A DNA stretch of 64,000 nucleotides, from positions 22,989,175 to 23,053,174 of the forward strand of contig NC_092677.1 of the NCBI RefSeq assembly GCF_964355755.1. Reading direction: 5' to 3'. Below, piece by piece: positions 1 to 13,583 of this stretch (position 1 is its first letter; every line of letters starts with the position of its first letter). This DNA is from Antedon mediterranea. Lineage: Eukaryota > Animalia > Echinodermata. The notes beneath the pieces are model-generated. The model was not told the DNA's origin. It worked only from the letters and a program-made list of their open reading frames with translations, and ran no database searches. Position numbers and translations under genes: made by a program.

Positions 1-859
1 CCCGGTTTATTTTTGCCGGTTGCATTCAGGAGGAGGAACAACTGTTGTTTTGGTTTCTTATTTTCGCAATAATGTTAACATAAAACTATCCTATTAATTT
101 AATGTGAATAGCTTAAAACATTATCAACTTCGACAAAACAATTTTTTCATACATTAATGAACAAAAGTGCAATCAACAAGTTCCTTGCTATAATTGATAG
201 TTTATATAGTATAGGGCCGGGTATCGCGTTCGTTTCAGTACGGGTTGACCAGCACTTTTTTATGTGCCCGATTACGTTTGGCTCGATCGTCTTAACATTG
301 GGCCCGATAGTCTAGTCTTAATCGTTGGGCCCAATAGTCGTAACATTGGGCTCGATAGCCAAGTGTATCGTTTGTAAATCCGTTCCATTATAGTTTAAAA
401 TTGAGTTATCGGCACACACGTACCGAGATGAAGTGAAAACAGAGTATTTTGAGTGTTGAGATTGTTCTTAACGAAAAAGCGTACATTTTTTTACTTTTTT
501 ATATATAACCTAGTACCTACCCAGGTAGCCCATATGGGACCCATATCTCAAGAATCTGGGAATATGGATATGTCGAGTAGAAAAGTGACGCTTAGTAACG
601 CAATTTACTTACAGAAACAAAGTACAGTACAGATATTTTTCCCTCTAAAAAAAATGGTATCGTCGAGAATATATTCCCCTGGCGGCGGACATTCCGCCTG
701 GCTGACATGTCACATATCGCATGGCAGACAGTCTGCAGCAGGTAATCGGATAAGTCGAGTAAACGATTTTATGTGAATCCCCGCGAAAACCAACGAACAT
801 CAGCAGTATGCAAAACGCACATGGATTTTTTTAATTTTTGCTGTACAGTATTTTAAAAG

Positions 860-920
860 ATGGAATCGAAATCACCGATTCGAAATGATGTTAATCTGAA
901 ACCTATTTTTTGCAAATTAG
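860..920 (+). CDS. RTTN: Rotatin coding exon 1 (MESKSPIRNDVNLKPIFCKL-G)
   Basis: ATG at 860, in-frame stop just upstream (TAA 854-856), ends ...AAATTAG|gtaagt (consensus donor, phase 1). Joins exon 2 as [10 protein letters not shown], matching human RTTN N-terminus RKLGHQLAEIRERAL. No transcript evidence for the long join. Confidence 0.75.
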
Positions 921-2005
921 GTAAGTTAAACGTGTGTCAATTTAGAGAGAGGAGGAGAGAGGGGAGTAGGCCTACATCCTAGCTAGGCCCTACTTCTAGC
1001 TAGCGGAAGCCGATCACTCCGGCCGCCGTATCAGTTTAGCGCGATATTAGCGAGCTTTCGTTGTAGTACGGAAGTAGTTCAGTACGGTAATTTGAACCGA
1101 AATGTGATCCACGCATGCGCAAAAATTTGAGACTCACCGTAGCGTTAAATTTGAGAACGGTAGTGAGAAGAAATAGCGTCCTGTCTGAAACGTACATTCA
1201 GCTGTGTATTTTAAAGACCCCTTCCCTGCAATTTTGGACGTTTTTTGGAAAATAATACATATATATATATCACTTTAAAAACATTAAACCATGTCATTCC
1301 TTGTCTTAAATGTACGTTTTATGGTAAATTGATAAAAAGTGAGAAACAATGCACTACCTAAGTAGCTCGCGGCGATCGACCTCTCGTGGACGGTCTTATG
1401 CCCGTATTCTTAAACCGGACTTTAGTCTAGTTCGAGCTAAAACTAAAAAAATGACGTCATTTTAATTCATAAACCGAACTTCAACTAAATCACCGACTAA
1501 ATCAGGCCAACCTCGACTAAATCGAGACGGATTTTGATCGATTTTTTTAGTCCTGGAGGGGGAAGACTAAATGGTCGACTAAATGGTTTTTAAACGATGT
1601 TTATAAAAAACGTAACAGTCATTGAGTTGTTATATTGGCCAGATATTGAAGAATGAAATATCTATATTTATATTAGCTTAATTAAATATACATTGGTATA
1701 AATTATAATAATGAAAATCATCTTTATTTACAACTGTATACAAATTACATTATTTTCTTCGCGCAAGTCCGACTTGAGCTACGTCACGCCATAGCGACAA
1801 TGGGAGATGCGGCAATTCACCACGCGATGGAATGTTTAGGGGGCCTAGCGCTTTCTTGTCACGCTATGAAGTGCGTGGTTCGTGGCGATCATACTTTGTT
1901 GGGGGCCTAGAAAATATAAAAGTTACCGTACCGCCATGGTTCCTAAATATATTTTTAAGATTTTATTTGTTGTTAATCAAATATACTTCACTGTTAAATT
2001 AATAC

Positions 2006-4483
2006 TAGGGATACCGAGAGCTGACTCCATTTTCATTACCACGATTAAACAGCGCGCACGTTACTATGCGCGCAATGTCATTGACGCGGTGTTTTTTTAC
2101 TTTGGTAAACACTTTTTATTAGGTAATTGTTCTGAAAATAAATTAATTATAAATATATTATTTTGAGTATATATTTATTTACCTATTATTCTATAAGATC
2201 AAGTATTTTTTATTTCCATTTCATTCAACCAAAAATGTGAATATAGTGGTTAAAAGATCGTTATCGCCTAGCGCGTATAGCTTTTGTTTACTACGAAACC
2301 CTCGGAAGGCTCAATGACCTACCATTTCAACCTTATTTTTGTAGTTGAGCCTCTTATGACCTCAAAATGTTTTTTATTCCTACACCAAGATAATATAGTT
2401 CCACATACCATGTGCTTGTTACTAAGAAAAATATTAATTTTAACTGCTAAAAAAACAATTTTATCCAGATATGAGGCCTTTATGATTCGAATATTTCATA
2501 GTAACAACCCATATACCATAAAAAATATCCGTTTAGTCCATTTTTTAAATAATTTTTGAAAAATTCCGAGGGGCTCAACTACAAAAACGCCATTTTATGG
2601 TATGATGTCATCGCAAGCCAATCAAACCTCCGCGTTCGACCGCTCCGCAAGTCTCACGGTTGAACGATTTTGGATTCTCGCCCTTTGATTGGTTGACGCG
2701 ATTCAACACACAGCGGAATAATTTTCTCGCGAGTGCCGTGAAGTCACATGGTGTCAGGCCTGTCCAATTACACAGCAGGGCATCATTTATAAGGAGCGCC
2801 TGCGCGACCGCGCTCCTCCGCGCTCCTCAACAGGCTTCGAGGAGAGCAATTTATCGCGCTCCTTAATTTTCAAAATAGAGCCTAGCTTTTGACAGTGTTG
2901 ATTTTTCTGTCAAGAGGCCTAAAAACACGTGGATTTTTAAAAGTTAAAACCAATCTAGGCCTAAATAATATATAAGCTAAGTTATAAAGCTACAAGCCTA
3001 ATGGCAGTCCCTCGTTTTTAAGGATCGCGAGCGCGATCGCAATCAACAACCTTCGAAAAGGAGAGCAATTCATCGCGCTCCATCTCACAGTGCGAGGTAC
3101 CAACAAAGGGGATTCCCCTGCCTGCGCGCATTCAAGGGCGAGTTTACTTCATCGCCTCATAGTGCAACCAGTACGGTGTCATAGAAACACCTCCTTTACA
3201 GGAAGATCATGTCCCAACCAATAATTTTTCCCTTTATGTTTTTATGGAACGAGTTAATAAAATATATTTAATTTTAAAAGGAAACATTAATATAGGAGGC
3301 CTAAATATAATGTTTATTATTTAAAAAAGCTTAGCTGCTGGTTGCTTTAATTATGTCATTTTGAAGATGGATTATTTCTTCGAAAGTTCTAACCAATTTT
3401 GGTCACTCAAATCCTCCTCAAAACACGTGCTGATGTGTGACGTCAGCATCTTCTAGAAGCTCTCTCAGCCCTCCCCTATTGTGCGTGCGCCCATGTGTGA
3501 CACATGTAAACACGATCAAATATCTTTCTTAATTATTTTAAAATGACACTTTGTAACTTATTATCAATATTTTAATGGCTGTTGCATGTTAGAATTGTAT
3601 AATTTATGAATTGCAGGTAAATACTTTTCAGGTTTTCTGTCTGATTTCTAGGCCAACAAGCTAGGCTAGAAAAGCTAGGCTAAAGGCATATAGAGTTGGC
3701 CAGGACAGGATTCTCCAGGCTCCTGAAACCCAATCTACCCAGGCAGGCCATAAAAAAAAAATTGGCTAGAGTTTTTTGTACTGTAGAATAATACGATCCC
3801 CACGGAAAATATTGTGTGTAAAGGTGGGTGTGGGGGATTTTAGGGGAGAGGTACAGTATACATTTGTTGTGCCCGGGAGGGGGGGGGGGGGGGGGGGGGG
3901 GTTATCCCCTGTCGGGCAAAAAAATGTGTACAAAAAATTAATAAGGGTCAGCCATTTTTAATAAGGGCGACCATCCTTCAACTTCAACATAAATATTTGA
4001 GGAGAGCGATTTAAAATTTTTGCAAGGAGAGCGAATTGCTCTCCTCGGTGATTTGAGGAGAGCGATTTGTTGCTCTCCTGGGTTTTGCATACGTGATGCC
4101 CTGACACAGGAAAATAATGCATTGAAATTCTTCGAACGAGGTTAAATAAACACTCTTTTTTATATAATAAATAAGTAATATCATATTTTATTGAATTTTA
4201 CAATGTTGATATATAAAATATGTTACTTAAAATCGTGATTTTATATAATTATTTTTACGAAAAATGACTAGTTCATACAATTGTCGACTGAGGGCGCAAT
4301 TTGTTTACATCGTTCGTGGCTAAAAACGATCATTTTCGGCGATGTTTTAAACCCTATATTTCGAAAACTACAAGTCATATTTTCATAATTCTTTCTTTAT
4401 TATAATATTGATACAAAATACTAACAGGCAATGTATAATTTGTTTGAAAAATATTAACTTTTAATTTTACATCGTTATCCCTA
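2006..4483. mobile_element. Non-autonomous TAGGGATA-ended DNA transposon, copy 1 (hAT-like, 7-bp TSD)
   Basis: TIR TAGGGATACCGA / TCGTTATCCCTA; TSD TTAATAC at 1999-2005 and 4484-4490; near-identical to 6605-8244. Confidence 0.88.
2776..4103. mobile_element. Non-autonomous CAGGGCATCA-ended element with 6-bp TSD
   Basis: TIR CAGGGCATCA / TGATGCCCTG; ACACAG duplicated (2770-2775, 4104-4109); empty site visible in the sister copy near 7865; GGAGAGC/GCTCTCC subterminal motifs. Confidence 0.9.
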
Positions 4484-4679
4484 TTAATACTGATATTGTT
4501 CTAATAATTAACGATTAAAATTATTTTTCATGTATATAGTCCTGATGCGTAAAAAGTGTTGTAAGAAATGGAAAGTAATATCAATGCGCAAAATTTCGTC
4601 TGCTCCTCAAATACTCTCTTGTCATTGGCCAATGTATAGCCTTTGTTACCCAGACGTGTGCAACTCGACTAAAAGCTCG

Positions 4680-5027
4680 ACTTCATTAAGTCGAACTGCA
4701 AACTTTGACTACTTCGGTTTTGAATCGAATTTGAAGTAATAGCTCGAACTACGACTTTTCCAAGTCAAACTTCGAACTACGACTAAAGTCCGGTTTAAGA
4801 ATACGGGCGTTAGGCCTAGCCTAGCTAGGCTTAGTCGTACGCTACCGATGTTTACCAGCTAGGCCTACAAAACTAAGCCTAGCTAGGCTAGGCCTAACGC
4901 CCGTATTCTTAAACCGGACTTTAGTCGTAGTTCGAAGTTCGACTTGGAAAAGTCGTAGTTCGAGCTATTACTTCAAATTCGATTCAAAACCGAAGTAGTC
5001 AAAGTTTGCAGTTCGACTTAATGAAGT
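4680..5027. repeat. 156-bp inverted duplication (arms 4680-4835 and 4872-5027)
   Basis: Arms are reverse complements with one mismatch seen; include the Harbinger right TIR, its TSD and ~23 bp of flank. Confidence 0.9.
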
Positions 5028-6604
5028 AATGAAGGTAGCGTACGAACATCGTACGCTACCTATATACCTAGCCTGACGTTGTATAGTTGCTGCATTAATT
5101 GTCTTTCTATTTTTGCCAGACTCCGTTGATACAAATTGGGGAAAACCCGGTATTTTCGCTGAAAAGTTAAGTCTTCCATTTGTTTTGGCCTCACGATCGA
5201 TCGAAAAGTGGGCGAATTACAGGTGAAAAACAAAAATATCAATCCGCGCGCAATGCATTTTGGGATTTATAGCGGGCCGCTATAATTATTAGAATCGACT
5301 TATTTTTCACATTTTTAACCGTTTAAAGACGAAAAAAGTTATCGCAATAGGATCATATAGTATTATTTTTACATTAAATATAGTTTGTGATCTTAAATTA
5401 GATCTAAAAAACGTAGGGAATGGGGCTTCAATTATGGAGGACACGATGTAAGTAGTATCGTCAAGAGTAAAGCAGTTTAATCAGTCATTATTATAACTTA
5501 TTGTAATCAAACATGGACTAGGCTATAGCATAAATGAATGTTCATTAATGTCAAGTTTCAAGTTTATTGTTTCACACAATACAATACAATATAATACAGA
5601 AACATAAATTAATAAATACAATTGTGTGAGCAGGACGCATTTCTAAGCCAAGGCTTTAAGTTTGGTCCTCCAGAGAAGTAAAAATATATTTAATTATTTA
5701 ATTTAAGCATTACTTACTAACTAACAATGTAGTGCTCTAGATCAGTGATACAAAATATAAAATAAAAAAATTGGCTTAGAGATTCCTAGGCCTAGCCTGA
5801 AATAGCTGTTGCATTCATCATCGTTGAATTTATCTAAGTTGAATTGATATTCATCGCTTTTATACTGAAAATCAGAATTACTTGGAGAATTCATACTATA
5901 CAACATAATGAATTCTTCCTCGTCTAGAACATCTGAAATATAGGCAGCAACAAGAGCGCTGCATCTCGTACCCTATGTAGGTTCGCCATGTTGTGTGAGA
6001 TGCTGAAAGCCGAGACAACTGATGATGATACCTGATCGCACTATGACGTCGCGCACATGTTCCCGTCGCGTGAACAAAACGAAACAGTAACAGACATGAC
6101 GGGAGCCTAGTAAATGAGTACGGTCACGGTTGGTTAAACCGGCCGTACTGCACGTTTACCGTCCCGTTACGAAAGCACGCTAATATGCACTCCGGCCCGG
6201 TATTCAATTCGACTTCCTGTGCAAAGGGGGCCGTTAGTATGGAGCGCCCATATCTACGTTTTCTATACTGTTCAGTGTGTTATAACAAATTCTTGGTGAC
6301 CAAAAGAATTAAAAGAAAATAGAATTTAAATGGAACTAGCCTAGCCTAGTTAGTTGAATATTTATTAGAAGTTGGAACTGCTTTTTCTTTCAAACTAAAC
6401 TTAACTTAACTTTTTCCTTTCAAATAATCAAATACCCGTCTAATTAATGTCTGAATAACAATATTTAATTTCTTTCTTTCTAATTGAAGCGCGGCCGGAG
6501 TGATCTGTATTCCTCCTAGCTAGCTAGCCTAGCAGGAGCCTAGCTAGGCTAGGCCTAGTCCTATAAAAAGGGCCTACTAGTACTACTAATACCAGGCCTC
6601 TTAG

Positions 6605-8244
6605 TAGGGATACCGAGAGCTGACTCCATTTTCATTACCACGATTAAACAGCGCGCACGTTACTACCGTACTGACGCGGGTATAAGCCCATACTCGGGTA
6701 TAAGCCCACCCCCCACTTTTTTACTAATTTTCATGAAAAATGAGGCACTCGGGTATAAGCCCACCCATTAATTCGAAGATCAACAGTGTGTGCCGTAGTA
6801 CATTATTTTGTATTTGGCGACGTCTACACCGAATACACCTACCTTTGATCATAACCAAGCTAGGCTAATATACGCTAGGCCATATGAGGCCTAGCGGTCC
6901 TGTTTTGTTTACACTCCATCGCGGTCGAAGATCGCTTCACACGCGACGCTACAAGTCGCCAAAACGGAAAACCACTATTTAGTATCGGCTGCCATAAACA
7001 AGCTTATTAAATTTCTTTGGTACATTTCTATTTAACGAAAATTGTATACTTGCTTTTCTGCTTGATAAATTCTTGTTCAATTGATGTTTAAAATAAGATA
7101 TTCTACGATAAATTACACGAACTAGGCTATAAGCTTAATTTTCCGACACTCTCCACACCTCGTGTATTTAGAGGCGCAGCATGCAACGTCGTACACGTCG
7201 CAACACCTCGTGAGGGCGCTCGCTCGCATGGTGGAATACACAGTGTACATGTGCTGTTTTTGACGATCTGCATTTTTGGATCCTCGGGTATAAGCCCACC
7301 CCCCAAACTTGACGTGATTTCATGTTCAAGGGGGTGGGCTTATACCCGCGTCAGTACGGTATGCGCGCAATGTCATTGACGCGGTGTTTTTTTACTTTGT
7401 TTTATTACTGTAGGTAATTGTTCTGAAAATAAATTAATTATAAATATATCATTTTGAGTAAATATTTATTTACTTAGTATTATAAGATCAAGTATTTTTT
7501 ACGACATGTGCTTGTTACTAAGAAAAATATTAATTTTAACTGCTAAAAAAACAATTTTATCCCGATATGAGGCCTTTATGATTCGAATATTTCATAGTAA
7601 CAACCCATATACCATAAAAAATATCCGTTTTGTCCATTTTTTAAATCATTTTTGAAAAATTCCGAGGGGCCTCAACTACAAAAACGCCATTTTATGGTAT
7701 GATGTCATCGCAAGCCAATCAAACCTCCACATTCGACCGCTCCGCAAGTCTCCCGGTTGAACGATTTTGGATTCTCGCCCTTTGATTGGTTGACGCGACT
7801 CAACACAGCGGAATAATTTTCTCGCGAGTGCTGTGAAGTCACATGGTGTCAGGCCTGTCCAATTACACGGGAAAATAATGCATTGAAATTCTTTGAATCA
7901 GGTTAAATAAACACTCTTTTTTATATAATAAATAAGTAATATCATATTTTATTGAATTTTACAATGTTGATATATAAAATATGTTACTTAAAATGGTGAT
8001 TTTATATAACTATTTTTACGAAAAATTACTAGTTCATACAATTGTCGACTGAGGGCGCAATTTGTTTACATCGTTCGTGGCTAAAAACGATCATTTTCGG
8101 CGATATTTTAAACCCTATATTTCGAAAACTACAAGTCATATTTTCATAATTCTTTCTTTATTATAATATTGATACAAAATACTAACAGGCAATGTATAAT
8201 TTGTTTGAAAAATATTAACTTTTAATTTTACATCGTTATCCCTA
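6605..8244. mobile_element. TAGGGATA-ended DNA transposon, copy 2
   Basis: Same TIRs as 2006-4483; TSD CTCTTAG/CTCTTAT (6/7); lacks ~200 bp present in copy 1. Confidence 0.88.
6666..7359. mobile_element. Tc1/mariner-pogo-type MITE
   Basis: 25-bp perfect TIR CCGTACTGACGCGGGTATAAGCCCA, TA TSD, repeated CTCGGGTATAAGCCCACC; empty site in copy 1 at ~2065. Confidence 0.92.
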
Positions 8245-10215
8245 CTCTTATAGAGGCTAGGCATATCATAATAAATGATCAGTTAATACACAGCCCCGTG
8301 CACAGCACACCCGCTGCTGTTCAACACGACATACCTAGTAGTAGGAGTAGTAGGAACTTATATTTTTGCACACATTTTTCAATGCATCTCTTTGTGCTTG
8401 AAATGTGTTCACACTGAAAGAGTGCTGTATTTAATAATCATTCTAGGCCTACTAATTTACTACATTTGTAACATGAATGTAAGTACACGTACTTAAGAAT
8501 GAAACGCTACCGACGAATTTACTGGCTCATTTATGCTGTATTACAGCCTTTATTTCTTCATATATCTCTAACCTCTAATCTCTAGCCTCTAGCCTCTAGC
8601 CTCTAGCCCTAAATTACTGAAAACAAACAAGTAATAGCAATCAGCAAATACAACCTCAAACTGAGGTAAATACAACATTAAATCTTAGGAAGAGAACAAT
8701 GACGTATCTCAACCATACTGTATATGACGTAATCTATTCTTCGTCAAGCGGAACGACCGCTCAGATGTGCACAACACACCATGTGACGTAAAGCGAACTG
8801 TGTGATATATGATGCAAATCTGCATGTCTTAAATAGACTAAATAGCTGTAAAGTAATCTTAAAGTTCACGTCATAACTTCTACAATCATTCTACTATCAG
8901 TAAATGTAATGATATAATCAGTAAATAACAATTTAAATAAACAATGTAAACAAACAAACTGAGGGCATAAAGGTGGGCTCCACAGAACAGCGACACCCAT
9001 GACAACCTGCTCCGGCCATGCCACTCCAACCCTCCATGCTCTAGGCGGCGAGTCTAAACGACCTCGCCATCTAAATAATGCCAATCTGCCTAAGCAAGAA
9101 GGAGTCACGAATATTAAATGTATCATAACTAAAGCTAAAAACATCTATAACAAAGCATTACCGGTTCCGGTATCGTAGCTCAAATTCAACATAACAACTT
9201 TGGTTTATTATTATGTCCTCTAAACAAACAATTAATTATCACGTTCTCATATCTGTCCAAAAGGACCCGCACGATGGCGCTATACAAAATTAACCTACTG
9301 ATTAGAAATCAGTACAATGAATATGAATGTATTTTATTTCAGTTATCTGAAACCAATATGAGCGTAGCTTAAAGGTTTCCAGCTTAAAGGTTTCCAGCCT
9401 TTAGTGTATTTTTTTTTTCCAATTCAGTTTACATAGGTCACCGACAGAGGACTGGTCGTACATATTAGCCTAGTATAAAATATTCTGTGTATCTGCAAGT
9501 TATTTATTAAACCGATTTAGGCCTACAGTACATATTTAAAAGGTAGAATCATGAAAAATTCAATTCAAATTTCAATGTATTTTCTCTAATCTCAATTAAA
9601 TTAGGCATTTTAGGTCATAATTATTATCTAAAGACATGCTTTTAAAAGTTTGAAAATCAGAAAAAGCAACTTTTCTAGTTTTCAAAACACTTTAAATCAT
9701 TTAAAATGGCCAAACGGTTGCCGAGATATTCATTATTTTACACCGCTAATTTAGGTACTTTTTGGACTTGGGGTCAAAGGTTATTCTTTTGTATTTCTTT
9801 GTTTTGAAAATGGTACATAAAATAACACTAACAGTTAATATTCATTTGCCATTTATTGCATAATCTGTAGAAGTACAGTTTTCATATTTGGTACAATGCA
9901 TAATGATGACTTAAACTTCAATAATATAGTAATTTAATAATTAATAAATTAATAATTAATTAAAAATATCCATATAATTAGCATATTTTTACAAATTTTG
10001 GCTTAAACCTAGTGTATTTTCAAACACAATCTATCCAAACTACTATAAAATTGTTGAAAATTAATTACATAACTAATTAATGTTAAACCTCTAATATGGG
10101 ACCATTGTTGGACCAAAAATAAAAAAGTATGAAATATGATAATATAATTTATAAAAAAAAATATTGGAAAACAAAAGTTAAGTATCCTTACAATTTAAGA
10201 ATGAATTAATTACAA

Positions 10216-13200
10216 TTAATGAACAACAACTTCTCCTTTAGCCAGATCTTGCAGAAGAGGGTACATTTCAAGATCAGTTTCGAGGTCATAGTCAATGGCA
10301 TAAACTGTCTTTTGTTTGTTTGGATGTTCTTTTTCAATTCTTATAACTGTACCGCTATACCACCTACTTTCCTTGTCAACTTTAAATAAGTGCTCAATTC
10401 TTTTGCCCACAACTAAATGAGGATTTTGGATAAAGTCATTTAAGTTTTTCTTTGAGCTTTCAGCACCCCGCTTTTGTCTTTCATGGTTTATTCTTTCTCC
10501 AAGTTCTCTCTTTTGTTTTTCAAACTCTTCTCTCTTTCGTCGATGTTTGTGTATTTGAGGCCGGTGTTACTTTCTTCTTCTACTGGATTTGTCATGGAAT
10601 TCATAGTAATGATAGTTTTTATGTGTTCCAACAATTGTGAATTGCTAAACTGAATTGAATGTGAACTCAACTGAAAATATTCCTTGCTGGGAGCTTTGCA
10701 TTTTAGCATTTTCTGCATAAACTGTAGCTGGTTATACAAAGCACGCTTTACTACAGCACGTCCTTGTGATTGCAGTTCTTGGTATTTGTTTTCTGCCATT
10801 GAAACTGATGACCATACACCACCAAGATCTGCAATGTCATTAACAAGCGCAATGGTTTGGTTCCTTTGTTTTTTTTTCTTTTTCACATTTTTCCTTTTGT
10901 TTTGCTTGTAATAATGACCATCTCTCTGCCTTTATTTTTTTCATTCTATTTCTGTATCTTTCCAGTATTTCACTAGAATGTGCACGTGCTTGGGCCATGT
11001 ACTTTGCTTTTGTTTCAGCATCCAGACTGTCAAGCCACGATGGTGTCCCATTGTTGACCCACATCATTAATGTTTCAAGAGTCATGGTCCTGGCAGCAGG
11101 CTTAATGCAAATCAAAAGGTCCAATTGAGCAAAATCTCTTTCAGAAATGACGTTTGTTGTTGGTACATTTGCAAATGAAGCTGACGTTTCTTCATCTACA
11201 TTCCAATACTTACCCCCTGGGAGCTGGTCTTGGCACTGCCGTTCGAGAATCAGCAACATTGCGCATGATGCTATTTCCAATGCCTGTATACACATTGCCT
11301 CACTATCAGCATCAGTTTCCTCAAACAGCTTCTTGGATATATCATCTTGTAGATTTAAATGATCACTAATCGCATCACCATGAAGGAGCGATGTTCCATC
11401 CTGCTTCCATTGCATAAGCTTTTGTTGCAGTTTGTGCAGAAGAGCATTGGCTGATAAGATATTGTCAGCTGACTGTATTGCTTTCCAAAGAGGTTCAGTG
11501 ATACACTTATAAATTATTCCAAGTGCCCGTAATTCTGCAGTGTATATTGTTTCCGTTATATCTTCCTTTACTGCTAAAAGGAGCTGATTTGGATCTGGCA
11601 AAAATGAAACAAAATTTGCTATATGAGTGCGATGAAAATAAGTGGCTGCCGCCCCTTCAAACAGAATATTTGTTCGGTTGCCTATATAGTTAACAATGTG
11701 GTTTTTCACACCAAATTCATGTTCCAAGTATGTTGTGAAAGCATCTTCAACACCAGATTTATCCGAGCCTCGATGATTAAAGGCTTTGCTTGTCGTACGA
11801 ACTAACCTTGCGACAGCCGATTCAGATGTTATTATGGTATGGGTATTTTTCCCTGATGTAGAAATTGATTCAAGGGATTTAAGTACCTTATTTATTTCAT
11901 CGGCAAAGTTGATGAAGGGGTGCATTTTACAATGAAAGCAACCAAAGGATTTTGTTGCCTCTTTCACTTCTTCCGAACAATTATTCCAATTTTGTACAAC
12001 TGACGGCAAAAGATTTTCACGAATTAACTGAATTCGTTCGCTAAATTGTGGCATACCAGGTCCTTGATCGCTCATTGTACTTTTAATAGTGCACAGCAAT
12101 TCATCATATATTGTTGTTTCATCTTTCATTTCAGATTTTGACAGCGTAGAAGCTAACTCATGCAGACGATCAGTGAAGGCATCTACAGTGCTTTCAACAT
12201 TGCCCTTTGCCATCTGCATAAGTCCCATTGTACGTGATGAGCCATCAGGAAGAGTAACTTGATAATAGTTCCATTATGGTCTCTCTTATCTCATCTGTGT
12301 ATCGTCCATCCTTAAAAGTGACGATATCTTTGTCTCGAAACAGCGAAACCAAGCCTTCCAAATCATAATTCTTTTTTTGCAAGGTTTCAATCCTTGACTG
12401 CATATACTGAAGTTCTTTATCACATAATGCATGGTCAAAACAGGACTCCTTTTTTTTGTAGTTCACTCTCTTTATAATCTTTGTCTTTTCATTTCTTTCT
12501 TTTACAAATCTATCTTTTAGATTTGATTTTGCTTGTACTGTAGCATTTAAATCTTTCCTGGTATCATCAAGTTCTTTTTGCAAGTCTTCTATTGTTTGCT
12601 GTAACTTCTCATTTTGCAATTTTGAGTGTTTTTCTGCACTTACTAATTCTGTTATTTTAGTATTTCTACGAGCCATCTTCCTGTTTATATTTCTGGTATC
12701 ATATTTTGATAGTTTTTGTTTTATGATACTGTATTTCTCTTGAATTGCAAGTAGCTCTGTTGTTGTTTTCTGATAATTTGCTTTATATTTTTTTTTTTTT
12801 TTTACTAAAGGGGTCAAACTTTTGGGTCATTTCATCAAGTTCCTTTAAAATCTTGTCTTGCTTTTTGCTGAGTTCATAGACTTCAGATTGAAGTTTCTGG
12901 TTATCTTCTTCGGCATATTGACGTGCTGATGTCTGAGCAGCCAATTCATTTTTCACGGTTGAAACAACTTCTGTTGCTAAGTTTAACTTCTTTCTAGTAT
13001 CCCTTAGTTCTTTGTTTTTTTCAATTAGCTCTTTTCTCATTTTCTTCTTGCGTGGTGTATCTGGAAGCATGTCTTCTCTTTTTCTTGCAATTTTGAATGC
13101 AGAACCCAAGAAGTCTGTCATTGATTCTTGTTTTGTTGCTTTGTTTTTATTTTTTTTCCTGTTTGTTTCAAGAATGCGCCAGATAGTAGAAATTGTTGAG

Positions 13201-13583
13201 TTGAAATTAACATCAGTTCGTCCAACTAATTTCAAGATTGTTTTAGCAAGATCTTTGAGGCTGTAATTCAGGTGTCCAACAAGATATGAATGTAGTTCAA
13301 TAACCAAACCATTGTTTACCGAATTAAGGAGTGGAAAGGTTCTTCCATCTGTGGAGAAGCTATCTTTGTTTAAACCTGCAACTGAACAGTACCTTCCAAT
13401 CTCTATAAGAAAATAATAGTTAGAATAATTTATAATTGTTCACAATGTTATTGTTAATTAAATGAATTTAATTGTCATTATCAATGTAATTTAATTGAAT
13501 GGCATTAAGAAAAAATAAAATATTTACTAACCATTGGTGGGTTTGCTACAGGATGGAACAGAATCTTCTGGTGGATCAGCCAT
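10216..13583 (-). pseudogene. Decayed hAT-like DDE transposase with coiled coil and C-terminal Spindlin-like Tudor domain
   Basis: Exon 13583-13532, intron, long exon from 13402. Motifs TMSDQ, CKMH, GNRTNILF, PTTNVISERDFAQLD; frameshifts near A-runs (~12795, ~10870, ~10510) and an apparent internal deletion at ~12260. Element termini not found. Confidence 0.72.

Larger units (their letters stand above)
1399..4809. mobile_element. Non-autonomous PIF/Harbinger-type element (outer layer of a nest)
   Basis: ~28-bp TIR GCCCGTATTCTTAAACCGGACTTTAGTC at both ends; TTA TSD at 1396-1398 and 4810-4812; CGACTAAA/TCGAACT subterminal repeats. Confidence 0.85.

Noticed and set aside
453-776. 107-aa ORF upstream of RTTN
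   Set aside because: Non-ATG start, no recognisable motif, probable promoter/UTR region.
3879-3901. Long G-run (and C-run near 48750) as functional G-quadruplex
   Set aside because: Homopolymers inside non-autonomous elements; length unreliable, no other support.
2006-8244. Segmental tandem duplication
   Set aside because: Similarity stops exactly at the TIRs and each copy has its own TSD: two insertions.
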